This document shows, piece after piece, positions 1 to 9,300 of a stretch of DNA of 64,000 nt (its first letter is position 1; every line of letters begins with the position of its first letter). Origin of the DNA: a virus (taxonomy: Duplodnaviria > Caudoviricetes); IMG/VR virus record IMGVR_UViG_3300031992_000084, positions 6,115 to 70,114 of that record. The stretch is one strand, 5' to 3'. The notes beneath the pieces are model-generated. The model searched no databases. It worked only from the letters and a program-made list of their open reading frames with translations, and was not told the DNA's origin. The position numbers and the translations under genes were made by a program.

Positions 1-396
1 TGCGAATGTCGGCAGCTCACCGGTCGTGACATCGCAATTCGAGAACTGACCCCATACAAGGCTTGCGTCCCTGAACATTGAAGTACCCTTCGCGGAGTCA
101 AGTTTTCTGACATTTATAAGACGGCCGGTGTAGTTCGGGACCCCGATGCCGTTAAGTCCTTTCAGAAAAATGCCGAACGATTTACCGGAGGTCGCCGCGC
201 CGCAAGCGAACACCAGATTTGATTCGCATCTGCATATCGCCTCTTGCATACCCTCCTGCGGAATAAAATCGACCCCGTCCCTTAGCACAAAGTCGCCGAC
301 CTTATCCCAGCCCTTGTCGTTGACGGTGGGCAGTTTCCTCTCTACATGTTCATAGAGAGGAGGGAATTTTGCGTCTTTATTTTTTAGTACAAACAT
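1..396 (-). CDS. terL: Terminase large subunit, N-terminal part (runs off the window)
   Basis: Manual translation from ATG at 396 is open to position 1: MFVLKNKDAKFPPLYEHVERKLP...FIPQEGMQEAICRCESNLVFACGAATSGKSFG. The PQ-x-G-x-Q motif followed by Walker A (GAATSGKS) is typical of phage TerL. Not in the supplied ORF track. Confidence 0.85.
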   Translation of the reverse strand, partial: MFVLKNKDAKFPPLYEHVERKLPTVNDKGWDKVGDFVLRDGVDFIPQEGMQEAICRCESNLVFACGAATSGKSFGIFLKGLNGIGVPNYTGRLINVRKLDSAKGTSMFRDASLVWGQFSNCDVTTGELPTFA

Positions 397-415
397 AAAG
401 AGGGGGTCTTTTTTG

Positions 416-464
416 CAAATTTAATGCCATTTTTTTGATTTTCCGAAAAAACATATTATTTTTG
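416..464. promoter_or_regulatory. Divergent Bacteroidetes primary-sigma promoters
   Basis: Plus strand: TTTG (434-437), 19 nt, TATTTTTG (457-464). Minus strand: TAAATTTG (423-416) upstream of the terL ATG, with a weak -33. Confidence 0.7.
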
Positions 465-494
465 TCGCAAGAATTCAATTCAACACAAAATATT

Positions 495-1184
495 ATGAAG
501 AAAAAAATTCAAGACGCGCTGGAACTGGCTTATAAAGATAAGTTAGGGTTAGCCGACAAAAAAGTCTACGCAAGGGTTGCCGCGCTCGGCGAAACTTATG
601 TAGCAAAAGATGAGGATATTCCGGCTTTTGTCGAGAAGGCAGAAGACCTCCTCAAAGGATTTCAGGCAACTGCTGACCAGGGTCGCACTTTGGAGACGGC
701 CAATGCCAAAATTGCGGAACTGGAGGACAAGTTGAAGAAATTCGAGGGCAAGGAAGAGCCCGCCAAGGAGAAAGAGGAAAAGCCAGACTTCGCTAAGGCT
801 GTCGCCGATGCGGTCGCGGCCGCCATCGCTCCGCTGACGGAAAAGATCACTGCCCTGGAAACAGTCAATTCTGCCAAAGAGGCCCTCGCTGGCGCACGCT
901 CCAAGTTTTTCGACGGCGACTACGCCAAGAAATACAAGGACGAGGCGGACGACGCCTGGGACCGGGCCGTTGAGGTGAACGAATTGACCGGGAACAAGAT
1001 GACAGCCGACCAACTCGCCGAAAAAGCGACCGGCTACTTCAACAAGGCTGTATCCAAGAAGGGAGTTGACACCACGAAGCCGTTCGTTGCGGACCCGCAG
1101 GAGAACGACCAGGATGGAACGACCGATTGGAGCGCCGAGAAGAAGCGCCTTCAGGAGGCTGGCCGTCTGCCCAAAGACCAGTAA
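495..1184 (+). CDS. Capsid scaffolding protein
   Basis: Ala/Glu/Lys-rich helical protein directly before the decoration and capsid genes. ATG at 495 preferred over TTG at 435. Confidence 0.65.
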   Translation: MKKKIQDALELAYKDKLGLADKKVYARVAALGETYVAKDEDIPAFVEKAEDLLKGFQATADQGRTLETANAKIAELEDKLKKFEGKEEPAKEKEEKPDFAKAVADAVAAAIAPLTEKITALETVNSAKEALAGARSKFFDGDYAKKYKDEADDAWDRAVEVNELTGNKMTADQLAEKATGYFNKAVSKKGVDTTKPFVADPQENDQDGTTDWSAEKKRLQEAGRLPKDQ

Positions 1185-1206
1185 GTTTCACTAAAAATTC
1201 TGAAAA

Positions 1207-1848
1207 ATGCACAATTACGGAAACGCTTTTTTCTCGCCTGAGTCCAAAGACTACGCGGCATCTGTGATGCCCGTGTGGCTTGAGGTCAAACGGCGCAAGA
1301 TTGCGGGCGGCACTTTCAGCCTTTCCGGCGTTGCAAAGGGAACCATCTACCCTGCCGGCATGCCCGTGCGTCTTGACAAGATGGGTGGCACTGTCACCAT
1401 CCTACCTACTTTCGTCGTGGTCGGAGCTGTTTCTTCTTCCGCTACTACGCTTGTGCTGAGGCCCCAGTCGGTCATCCCCGCAGAGGGAATGATCGTCGGC
1501 AAGATGTCCTCCGCCGGCGTCGTCGCGAAGGCTGCGGCCCTCGGCGCACCCACCGCACTTTCCGGCGCTGACGCTGGTAAGTATCAGTTTACCATCACTG
1601 CCAATGATTTCGGCACCCTCGCCGACGGCGACATCCTCGTGATCGCATCTGCGGCCGGGGCAAACAAGGCTGCTGTTCTTCCGAACGGTCTGTCTTGGCG
1701 CCAGGTAGTTGTCGACTCCGACAACGCGACCTACGGCACCATCGCCGTTGTCACCGACGGTCAGATCCTTGCGGACCGCATCCCCGCGATGCCCGACTTC
1801 TACAAGGCTGCGATCCCCGGCATTGAATTCGAGTATGAACTTAGCTAA
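1207..1848 (+). CDS. Head decoration / capsid cement protein
   Basis: 213 aa, Ala/Gly/Val-rich beta protein between scaffold and major capsid genes. Confidence 0.6.
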   Translation: MHNYGNAFFSPESKDYAASVMPVWLEVKRRKIAGGTFSLSGVAKGTIYPAGMPVRLDKMGGTVTILPTFVVVGAVSSSATTLVLRPQSVIPAEGMIVGKMSSAGVVAKAAALGAPTALSGADAGKYQFTITANDFGTLADGDILVIASAAGANKAAVLPNGLSWRQVVVDSDNATYGTIAVVTDGQILADRIPAMPDFYKAAIPGIEFEYELS

Positions 1849-1864
1849 TTAGGAGGAATGAATT

Positions 1865-3082
1865 ATGGCAAATAAGTACAGTCAGGGTTTCTACACCCTT
1901 ATGGAGGAAGCCGGAATCCTTTCTTCCAAGAGCTTCGATCTCTACATTAAAGATGTCGTCGGGTTCGGCAATCTTCAGGACCTGAACCTCGATGGCTTCT
2001 CCTGGGATCCCGTCTCCTCGCTCACATTCGATTACGAGCAGCTCGTCGTCAGCAACCGGCTCAAGGTCATGGCGACCTATGTCGACAAAGACTCCGAGGC
2101 GATTCCTTTCGGCACGGAGGGCTTCTCCACGATCCGTGGAATTGTCCCTCGCCAGAAGGCCCGCTTCATCTGGGACGAAGACGACTATCGCAAGTATCTC
2201 GATGCCCTCAAGACCCTGGATTTCCAGAACATGACGGCCAAGCAGTACGCGCTTGATCTCCTGTTCAACGGTCTCTCCGACATCAAGAACGCCCACGAGC
2301 TGTCGATGACCTATCAGCGCGACCAGATGGTTTCCAACCGCTCGCTCACGCTGTCCGCAGATAACAACCCTCGTGGCATTACGGGACTTACCTTCTCCGC
2401 AAGCGTCCCCGCCGGAAATGTGACGACCCTCTCCGATAACTACCGCTGGTTCACCAGCGCCACCGAGAAGGATTCTTCTCACGAAGGCTCGAGTGCTGAT
2501 CCGGTTAAGGATGTCCGCACTATCGTAAGGGCTATGAAGCGTGAAGGGTATAACAACATTATCCTCGAGGTTGACGAGCAGTCCTGGTATGACGACATGG
2601 AACACAGCAAGTGGCGCACCGCCATTGGCTATGAGATCCGTCCCGACCTTGTTCTTGCGGCGAATAACGACGCGAACGCTCTTGCCGTTGGCCGCGCCGC
2701 CGGAGACGACGCCGTCAAGGCCGCTTTCGCGAAGATCATCGGCATTCCCCTGTCGAACATCAAGTTCCGCCAGGGTCTGGCCGCCGTCGAGAAACTGCAG
2801 GGCAAAGGTCCGGATGCGAAACTCGTCCGTACCTCAATGCGTACCTTCAACGCGAACACCTATGTGTTCTATCCCGCCGGCCCTCTTGGCACGATCAAGA
2901 GTGTCCTTCCTCTCGTCCCGGACAGCAAGGCCATTTATGCCACCTTCTTCGGCGGCAAGGGCCTCATCCAGTACGAGTACGATGCGAAGGCGAAGACGCA
3001 GGACTGGTGGTCCGAACTGACCGCCCTTTGCGTCATCAACCGCCCGCAGGAACTGCGTTACCTGATCACCTATTCCGCCTAA
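1865..3082 (+). CDS. Major capsid protein
   Basis: 405 aa, strongly biased codon usage, position after scaffold and decoration genes, C-terminal strand-like motif ELTALCVINRPQELRYL. Confidence 0.8.
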   Translation: MANKYSQGFYTLMEEAGILSSKSFDLYIKDVVGFGNLQDLNLDGFSWDPVSSLTFDYEQLVVSNRLKVMATYVDKDSEAIPFGTEGFSTIRGIVPRQKARFIWDEDDYRKYLDALKTLDFQNMTAKQYALDLLFNGLSDIKNAHELSMTYQRDQMVSNRSLTLSADNNPRGITGLTFSASVPAGNVTTLSDNYRWFTSATEKDSSHEGSSADPVKDVRTIVRAMKREGYNNIILEVDEQSWYDDMEHSKWRTAIGYEIRPDLVLAANNDANALAVGRAAGDDAVKAAFAKIIGIPLSNIKFRQGLAAVEKLQGKGPDAKLVRTSMRTFNANTYVFYPAGPLGTIKSVLPLVPDSKAIYATFFGGKGLIQYEYDAKAKTQDWWSELTALCVINRPQELRYLITYSA

Positions 3083-3103
3083 ACTGATTAAGACCGTTTC
3101 GTT

Positions 3104-3520
3104 ATGACTGTCGAAGAATATTTGCGTAGTCTGGTTCCGGGCCTTGACCTCCAGGACAATGTGATCGCGAGAGCGGCCAGAAGCCCCATCGAGGTCAGCC
3201 TGGAAAGGTTAGAAGTCGATGACGACATCGACGATTACGACGATGATGACACTGATTTCCAGATGCGTCTGGACTACGCATCTTCGACAATCTATTATTC
3301 GGTGCTTGGGGTTTTCGCTGGAGGTGGTTACTCTGAGCAGGTAGGAGATGTAAGAGCATCTCGAGGAGGATACACCATTACGATGGCGGACCGGGCTCGC
3401 TTCAAGTCTATGGGCGACGCCCTCCGCCTCAAATGGGGATTCGATGTCGACGATGACGACTCCGCCTGTGAAATGTATGATGCTAGTTCTTTGAAATATG
3501 AGGTTCATAGAATTTCGTGA
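3104..3520 (+). CDS. Head-tail adaptor protein
   Basis: Follows MCP; contains YSEQVGDVRASRGG, typical of Bacteroidetes phage adaptors. Confidence 0.6.
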   Translation: MTVEEYLRSLVPGLDLQDNVIARAARSPIEVSLERLEVDDDIDDYDDDDTDFQMRLDYASSTIYYSVLGVFAGGGYSEQVGDVRASRGGYTITMADRARFKSMGDALRLKWGFDVDDDDSACEMYDASSLKYEVHRIS

Positions 3521-3833
3521 CACTTGCGTGATTTCCCGTGGAACGGAAAAAGACGCCTGGGACAATGTCACCAACGCCAATGTTATTTATAGCGGCGAAT
3601 GTAATTATCAGGAGGGCGGTACGAGCTTCTCTCGGATATTTACGGTGAGGAACCCGACGATCTTTCTTCCGGATGCCTACATCGATGTAAAGATCAACGA
3701 TGCCGTCACAATCGTGACGGAGTTCGGAAGAGAATTGACATCGATCGTGAAAAGCGTCCGGGACATCAATCTTCCGTGGAGAGCGAATGTAAGGGTTACG
3801 AGAATTGAACTGAAACAGGCACAAGGGGAATGA
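3498..3833 (+). CDS. Head closure / neck protein
   Basis: 111-aa beta protein in neck position, overlapping the previous gene. Confidence 0.55.
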   Translation: MRFIEFRDTCVISRGTEKDAWDNVTNANVIYSGECNYQEGGTSFSRIFTVRNPTIFLPDAYIDVKINDAVTIVTEFGRELTSIVKSVRDINLPWRANVRVTRIELKQAQGE

Positions 3834-3834
3834 T

Positions 3835-4419
3835 ATGGCACAGGTATCCGGGGTACAATTTCGCTGGGGCAAGGCCAATAAGGGCTTTGCCGAAGCGCTG
3901 CTGGATGCCGGAAAGACCGTCAAGAAAAAAGCGGCCGAATTCCTTGGTGCAGGCTGTTTGGAATTTCTGAAAAGCCTTGACTGGGAATGGCCGCGTGGTA
4001 AAAACAACGGCCCGTATGCGTCCGGATTCCGAGGAGGAGACACGGACCACCCGTGGTTCACTGGTACGCTTCACGATAGTGTCGCCGCGAGCATTATCGA
4101 CGGCACGCGAATCCTGAGGCTGTACCAGATGGAACCTGGCGCGAGAGAGAACCAGAAAAACTATCGCACCGGAGAAATTTACATCGGTACGGAACTGGGA
4201 CTCCAGGCGGCGATGCGTGCGGCACACACCTTCGGGAACGGCATCGGAGGACTCCGGGCCGTGCTGACAATCGGAGCCCCGTATACGGCGAAAGTAAACC
4301 AGTCTGACGAGCACTTCGATTTCATCTCTCCGATGGAGCAGGACCTTGTCGCGGAAGTAAGTTCGAAACTAGAGGACCTTAAAAAAGTTCAGATTGTTGA
4401 CAAGAAGAAAAGACGATAA
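3835..4419 (+). CDS. Neck / tail completion protein (HK97 gp10-like position)
   Basis: Synteny; motifs WFTGTLHDSV and IGAPYTAKVN. Confidence 0.55.
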   Translation: MAQVSGVQFRWGKANKGFAEALLDAGKTVKKKAAEFLGAGCLEFLKSLDWEWPRGKNNGPYASGFRGGDTDHPWFTGTLHDSVAASIIDGTRILRLYQMEPGARENQKNYRTGEIYIGTELGLQAAMRAAHTFGNGIGGLRAVLTIGAPYTAKVNQSDEHFDFISPMEQDLVAEVSSKLEDLKKVQIVDKKKRR

Positions 4420-4856
4420 TGATAAGACCTTCCGACATACACCCCGATGTGGAACTGCGAGATTTCTTGCAGGGCCGGATCTCCGTAGGGACAACTGGAG
4501 GCGGGTCAAAATCCGTCCCGGTCTATGGCGACTGGGAACGCGACACAAACAATCCGCCAACCGATTTTGTCGTTATCTTTATGAACGGCGACATCGATTC
4601 CGTCGGGATGAATGTTGAGTTTGCAGAAGGATACATTATGGTCAGTCTTTATTCCAAAATGAACAATGACGGCTCTGTCAAGAAAAACCGCATAAGCAAG
4701 ATTCTTGCACAGTTCGACACATTAATCGAAGGGATATCAACGGAGAACTACTTCTACAGATACGACCATCAGCGATTCATAACCCCAACGACACCGAATG
4801 CGAATACGGGTTATTCGGTTACGACGCTCAATCTTAAATGGCATACTAAAAATTAA
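4419..4856 (+). CDS. Tail terminator protein
   Basis: 145 aa directly before the tail tube gene; stop/start overlap at 4419. Confidence 0.55.
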   Translation: MIRPSDIHPDVELRDFLQGRISVGTTGGGSKSVPVYGDWERDTNNPPTDFVVIFMNGDIDSVGMNVEFAEGYIMVSLYSKMNNDGSVKKNRISKILAQFDTLIEGISTENYFYRYDHQRFITPTTPNANTGYSVTTLNLKWHTKN

Positions 4857-4875
4857 CAATTAAAACCTTATAGTT

Positions 4876-5472
4876 ATGGCAGCAACTGAATCCGCTATTA
4901 CAAACCTTGAGGCCTCCGGCAAACTGTTTGCCGGACAGGGTGATCTCGTCATCTTCGACGCGATTACCGACTACACCGGAAAGAGTCTTTCGGATTTCTC
5001 AAATCCGAAGTCTCTCGGTCAGATCGTCCAGGACAGTACGACCTGGGAGGGCGAGGATGTTTCCACGACCCAGATTCTCGACGAACAGGGTAACCTGATT
5101 ACCGCCCGTGTAACGGCCGGTACTCTCGGTTTCTCCTTCGACATCGCCTCCACATCGCAGACGATGGTTCAGACCTTCCTCGCGGGTGTCGCTCTTACCA
5201 CGAACGCCAACCCGGGCACTATGTTCGATGTGCCCGACGGCGGGTCCGTTACCGGCACCGGATTCGGGACCGAACTCCCGGTTATCACCCGTCCGATCGC
5301 TCTGATCAACGACGAGAAGAACCGCGCATGGGTTTACCCGAAGGCGAAAATCACCGCGAACCTTTCGTATGCAGATGGTCTGTATCGCGTACACGCCGTC
5401 GTGCTCGCCGAGCAGGTCAATGTCCCCGGCAAGCTCTATACCGGTATGGTTCTCGATGTCAACGCGGCCTAG
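4876..5472 (+). CDS. Major tail (tube) protein
   Basis: 198 aa Thr/Gly-rich, biased codons, followed by a terminator and chaperone genes. Confidence 0.7.
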   Translation: MAATESAITNLEASGKLFAGQGDLVIFDAITDYTGKSLSDFSNPKSLGQIVQDSTTWEGEDVSTTQILDEQGNLITARVTAGTLGFSFDIASTSQTMVQTFLAGVALTTNANPGTMFDVPDGGSVTGTGFGTELPVITRPIALINDEKNRAWVYPKAKITANLSYADGLYRVHAVVLAEQVNVPGKLYTGMVLDVNAA

Positions 5473-5498
5473 TCCGAAAGACAGCACTTTTCATCGCA

Positions 5499-5524
5499 GG
5501 GGCGGGCGCGTGCCCGCCCCTTTT
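5499..5524 (+). terminator. Intrinsic terminator after tail tube gene
   Basis: GGGGCGGGC-GCGT-GCCCGCCCC (9-bp stem) followed by TTTT. Confidence 0.7.
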
Positions 5525-5538
5525 CAAATTAAAATCGT

Positions 5539-6072
5539 ATGTCTGAAAGCAATGTAGATAAGTTACTGCAGGGGGATGTAAGAGTAGAGTTGCGTGCCCC
5601 TTGTCAAATTGTCGTCAAAGGTAAAGTTTATAATGTTCGTCAGGTAAGCAATACAATCAGACGAAAGATCAGCCTGCTGGAAAAGGAGGCTTATGTGCTT
5701 GAGCAAGAGGGGAAGAAAGGCGTTTCGATCAAGAGGGCGAAGAAGATTGTCCGGAAAATACGGACATTGCACAGCAAAACCGCCGCGTATTATCTTCTCG
5801 GGAATTGGGCGCTGTTTATTCCATTCCTTTTTGCCATAAAATGGCGGCTCCTCGACCTTAAAGACAACGAAGTAACATACAAGATCAACGAAGCCGGAAT
5901 CCTCGGTAAAGATGTGGATTTTTTCTTGGCCAACTGGCAACTTACAAAGCAAGCACTCGCGCTCTCTACGAGGCTGGTTGGCGAAGGAATCAAAGAATAT
6001 GCAGAGAAAATGGAGAGCGCGGCAAATATGTTGGAAAAGGACGCTTTCGGGATAAGCGAGGACGCCAAATAG
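5539..6072 (+). CDS. Tail assembly chaperone (G-like)
   Basis: Between tail tube and tape measure genes; contains candidate slippery heptamer T TTT TTC at 5919-5925. Confidence 0.6.
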   Translation: MSESNVDKLLQGDVRVELRAPCQIVVKGKVYNVRQVSNTIRRKISLLEKEAYVLEQEGKKGVSIKRAKKIVRKIRTLHSKTAAYYLLGNWALFIPFLFAIKWRLLDLKDNEVTYKINEAGILGKDVDFFLANWQLTKQALALSTRLVGEGIKEYAEKMESAANMLEKDAFGISEDAK

Positions 6073-6077
6073 GGTCG

Positions 6078-6383
6078 ATGTTCGATGCGTCGTCAGACAA
6101 CGAGAAGATCAAACACATCTATGGGAATTATGGTTTCTGGTCTTGGCTGAAATATTGGTATATAGACTCTTCAAACCAGGTTTTGATGATGTTGTATGAC
6201 AAAGGGTATTTTGATTACGATTATGAGCATGTTGAACATCCAGAGGATGTTACGAAGTGGGAAGATACTATAATGTCAAAAGAGGAAGTAGAAAAGAAGT
6301 TGTCCATGTTCGGAATCGGGAAAAATAAAGATGCTCGGATGTCATTGGAAGAGATACAAGAACACGTTATAAAAAACATATAG
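6078..6383 (+). CDS. Tail assembly chaperone, second ORF (T-like)
   Basis: Lies in the -1 frame relative to 5539..6072; that frame is open from 5910. Confidence 0.55.
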   Translation: MFDASSDNEKIKHIYGNYGFWSWLKYWYIDSSNQVLMMLYDKGYFDYDYEHVEHPEDVTKWEDTIMSKEEVEKKLSMFGIGKNKDARMSLEEIQEHVIKNI

Positions 6384-6386
6384 ATT

Positions 6387-9300
6387 ATGGCAGTCGAAAT
6401 TCCTGTTATCGTAGATATTGAAAGCGCATTTAACGATGCCGCATCAAGGGTGAACACGGCCATTGAGCCGCTTCAAAGAAAACTTAGCAACGAAGCGTTG
6501 AATGTGCAGGTTGGTGTAAGGGCAGACGATGCCGGAAATAAGATCCCGGTTCTTCTCCGGGATATTAAAGATAGCGGCGTAAATAGCATGAGCGTACTCT
6601 CAACCGCCATCGACAATGTTTCTCGCCAACTGATCAAAGCCGCAGAGGCTAGCGATAAAATAAAGTTCACCACCCTTCTGGAGGCAAAGTCATACCTGGA
6701 CGATATGGCGTCAGGCTATTCTCGTGCCCGCACTGAAATTGACGGCCTTGCAAACAGTATGCAGGGCTTGTCTTCCAGGCTTCAGGCCGCTAGGCAGGCA
6801 ATGGAAACGACACCTATACATAGTGGAGAATTTAAGGATGTCGTGAAAGACTATCAGGCAATCGTGGCAGAGCAGGATCGGTTGAATCAGAAGATTGCCG
6901 AAATGGGAATGAAGTCCGGAAGTATTGACAAGTTAAGCGCAAAACTTTCGGACCTTCAGAAGCAGTGGAGTGCGCTCGGTTCAACACAAATGTTCAAGAG
7001 CGACGGCTCGCTGAGCACGAAAGCCGAGAAACTCCAGCAGGAGTATGCAAAAATATCTGCGGAGGTCGAGCGCAGAAATGCGCTATTGACGGAAACTATA
7101 AAGAAACAGCAGGAATTAGAGCGCACGGTCGCAGCCGAGAAGAAGCATCAGGAAGAGTTGTCTATGATGGCACGGTCTATGGACGACCTCAATACAAAAT
7201 TGCGTGCCTGGACGCAGGAACTGAACGCATCTGATATCGATTCTTCGAAATGGGATACGGCAGCAATGAAAGTCGCAGAACTGTCCAAACAGATACGACT
7301 TGTGCAAGAATCGCTGAGAGATTATATGTTACAGACCGGGAGCATAGACACCGTCAGCGAAAAACTTCAGCGAGTCAATGCCCAGTGGAACGAGATGGGT
7401 GCAAGGAGAAAATTTGTCAACGGAGTATCTGGAGAGCTGACGGCTGAAGCGAAAGCAATGGTTGATAAATATAAAATGTTAACCAGCGAATTGAACACAA
7501 ATTCTCTTACATTGTCAAAGATCCTTCAAAAGGAGCAGCAGATGGCATCTCTTATCGAAAAAAACGCACGGAAGAGAAAATATGAAAATGCCATTCTTAA
7601 CGCGACGAGCAAGTCCATGATGGTATTGACAGAAAAAGAACGCATTCTGTCGGACCGTTTGAATCGTGCAGAAATTGGATCTTCGAAATATAATCAACTG
7701 AAAAATCAGCTTACCGCCGTCAGAAACGAAATAGATATGATAAACGGGAAGAACATCAGAGGTTCGATTGCGGAGGTAAATGATGAACTCGAAAAGTCAA
7801 ATTCTCGCCTTGGCGTTCTCGTGAAAAATGCACTTCGGTTAGCGGCACTCCACTCAGCAACTAGTTTCATTCGAAATGTACGCGAAGTCACTGCAGAGTT
7901 CGAGTTGCAGAGGGTCGCTCTCGGTGGTATAATTCAAGATACACAGAAGGCCGACTCGCTATTTCGGCAGATTAAGGCCGCTGCAATTAAGTCTCCTTTT
8001 GAGATTAAAGATCTCGTGTCGTTCACGAAGCAATTATCAGCATATCGTATCGAAACAGAGAACCTGTTCGATGTCACGATGCGGCTTGCGGATGTGTCTG
8101 CCGGCCTTGGCGTTGATATGTCTAGGCTGGTTCTGGCATACGGTCAGGTAAGAGCCGCATCTGTACTTCGCGGCCAGGAGTTGAGGCAGTTTACTGAGGC
8201 CGGTATCCCGCTCGTGGACCTTCTCGCAAAAAAATTCGGGGAGTTGAGAAACGAAACGGTATCGACTGCGGAGGTTTTCGACCTTATCTCTCGGCGTGCT
8301 GTTCCGTTTAAGATGATTGAAGAGATTTTCAACGATATGACATCCGCAGGTGGAACATTCTACAAGATGCAGGAGAAGCAGGCGGAAACACTTAAGGGGC
8401 AGTGGATGAACCTCAAAGACTCCGTTTCTATAATGTATGACGAAATTGGTAACACCTCCACCGTGAACAACGCGATGACATCTATGATCAATTTCGCCAA
8501 GACAATTTTCAGTAACTGGAGGTCAGTAAGCGGAATTCTGAAGGCTGTCGGCCTACAGTTCGTCAGTTTTAAGCTGTATTCACTCTTCGTCAACAATCTT
8601 GTTAAAAGCACGAAACTAGCACGGCAGGCTGCAGTCGCCCACTCCCAGGCAGAAGCCCTTCGCGCAAGAGCTGTAGAAACCGGGAAGAGATCCTTTGACC
8701 GGGCCGCCAGATCTATGCTTATTTACGAGATGTACATGAGGAAGGCCGCCGACGCCGGGAATCTTTTTATGCGCGGCTATTATCAGTTAATGGCAACGCT
8801 GAGGGGAGGTAAAGGATTGTGGGGTATTGCCCTCACTGCAGTCACGGCCCTGGCGGGCGCTCTTTTCGCGGCCGGGAAAGAGGCCCGGCAACTTGAGAAA
8901 GACTTGGCGGAGAATACCGCAAAGGCGGAAACGAATGTTGTTTCATTGCAAAGAAATTTCGCCCGGCTTAGCGAGAAAATACTAAAGGCTGGCTCCGGAA
9001 CCGCAGAGCAAAGGGAAGCGTTAAAAGAATTGCAAAGGACCTATGGCGATATTCTCCCTTCTGAGGATTTGCAGATTGAAAAACTCCGCACAATGAAGGG
9101 GGAATATGACCAGATCAACCAATCGATACGAGATTATATTTTCCTCCAAACATACCAGCAGAATGTCGAGACTATTGAGTCTTCCTTCAGCAGCAGAATA
9201 GGGAAAGCTCAAAATAAACTTCAAAAAGCGATCATAAATACGACGAATTTCACAAGAGATGAGGCCATACGCATCATTGACGATATTGCAAAATATTCCG

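Noticed and set aside
435-494. N-terminal extension of the scaffold ORF from TTG 435
   Set aside because: Overlaps the promoter (-33 at 434, -7 at 457); ATG 495 is the plausible start.
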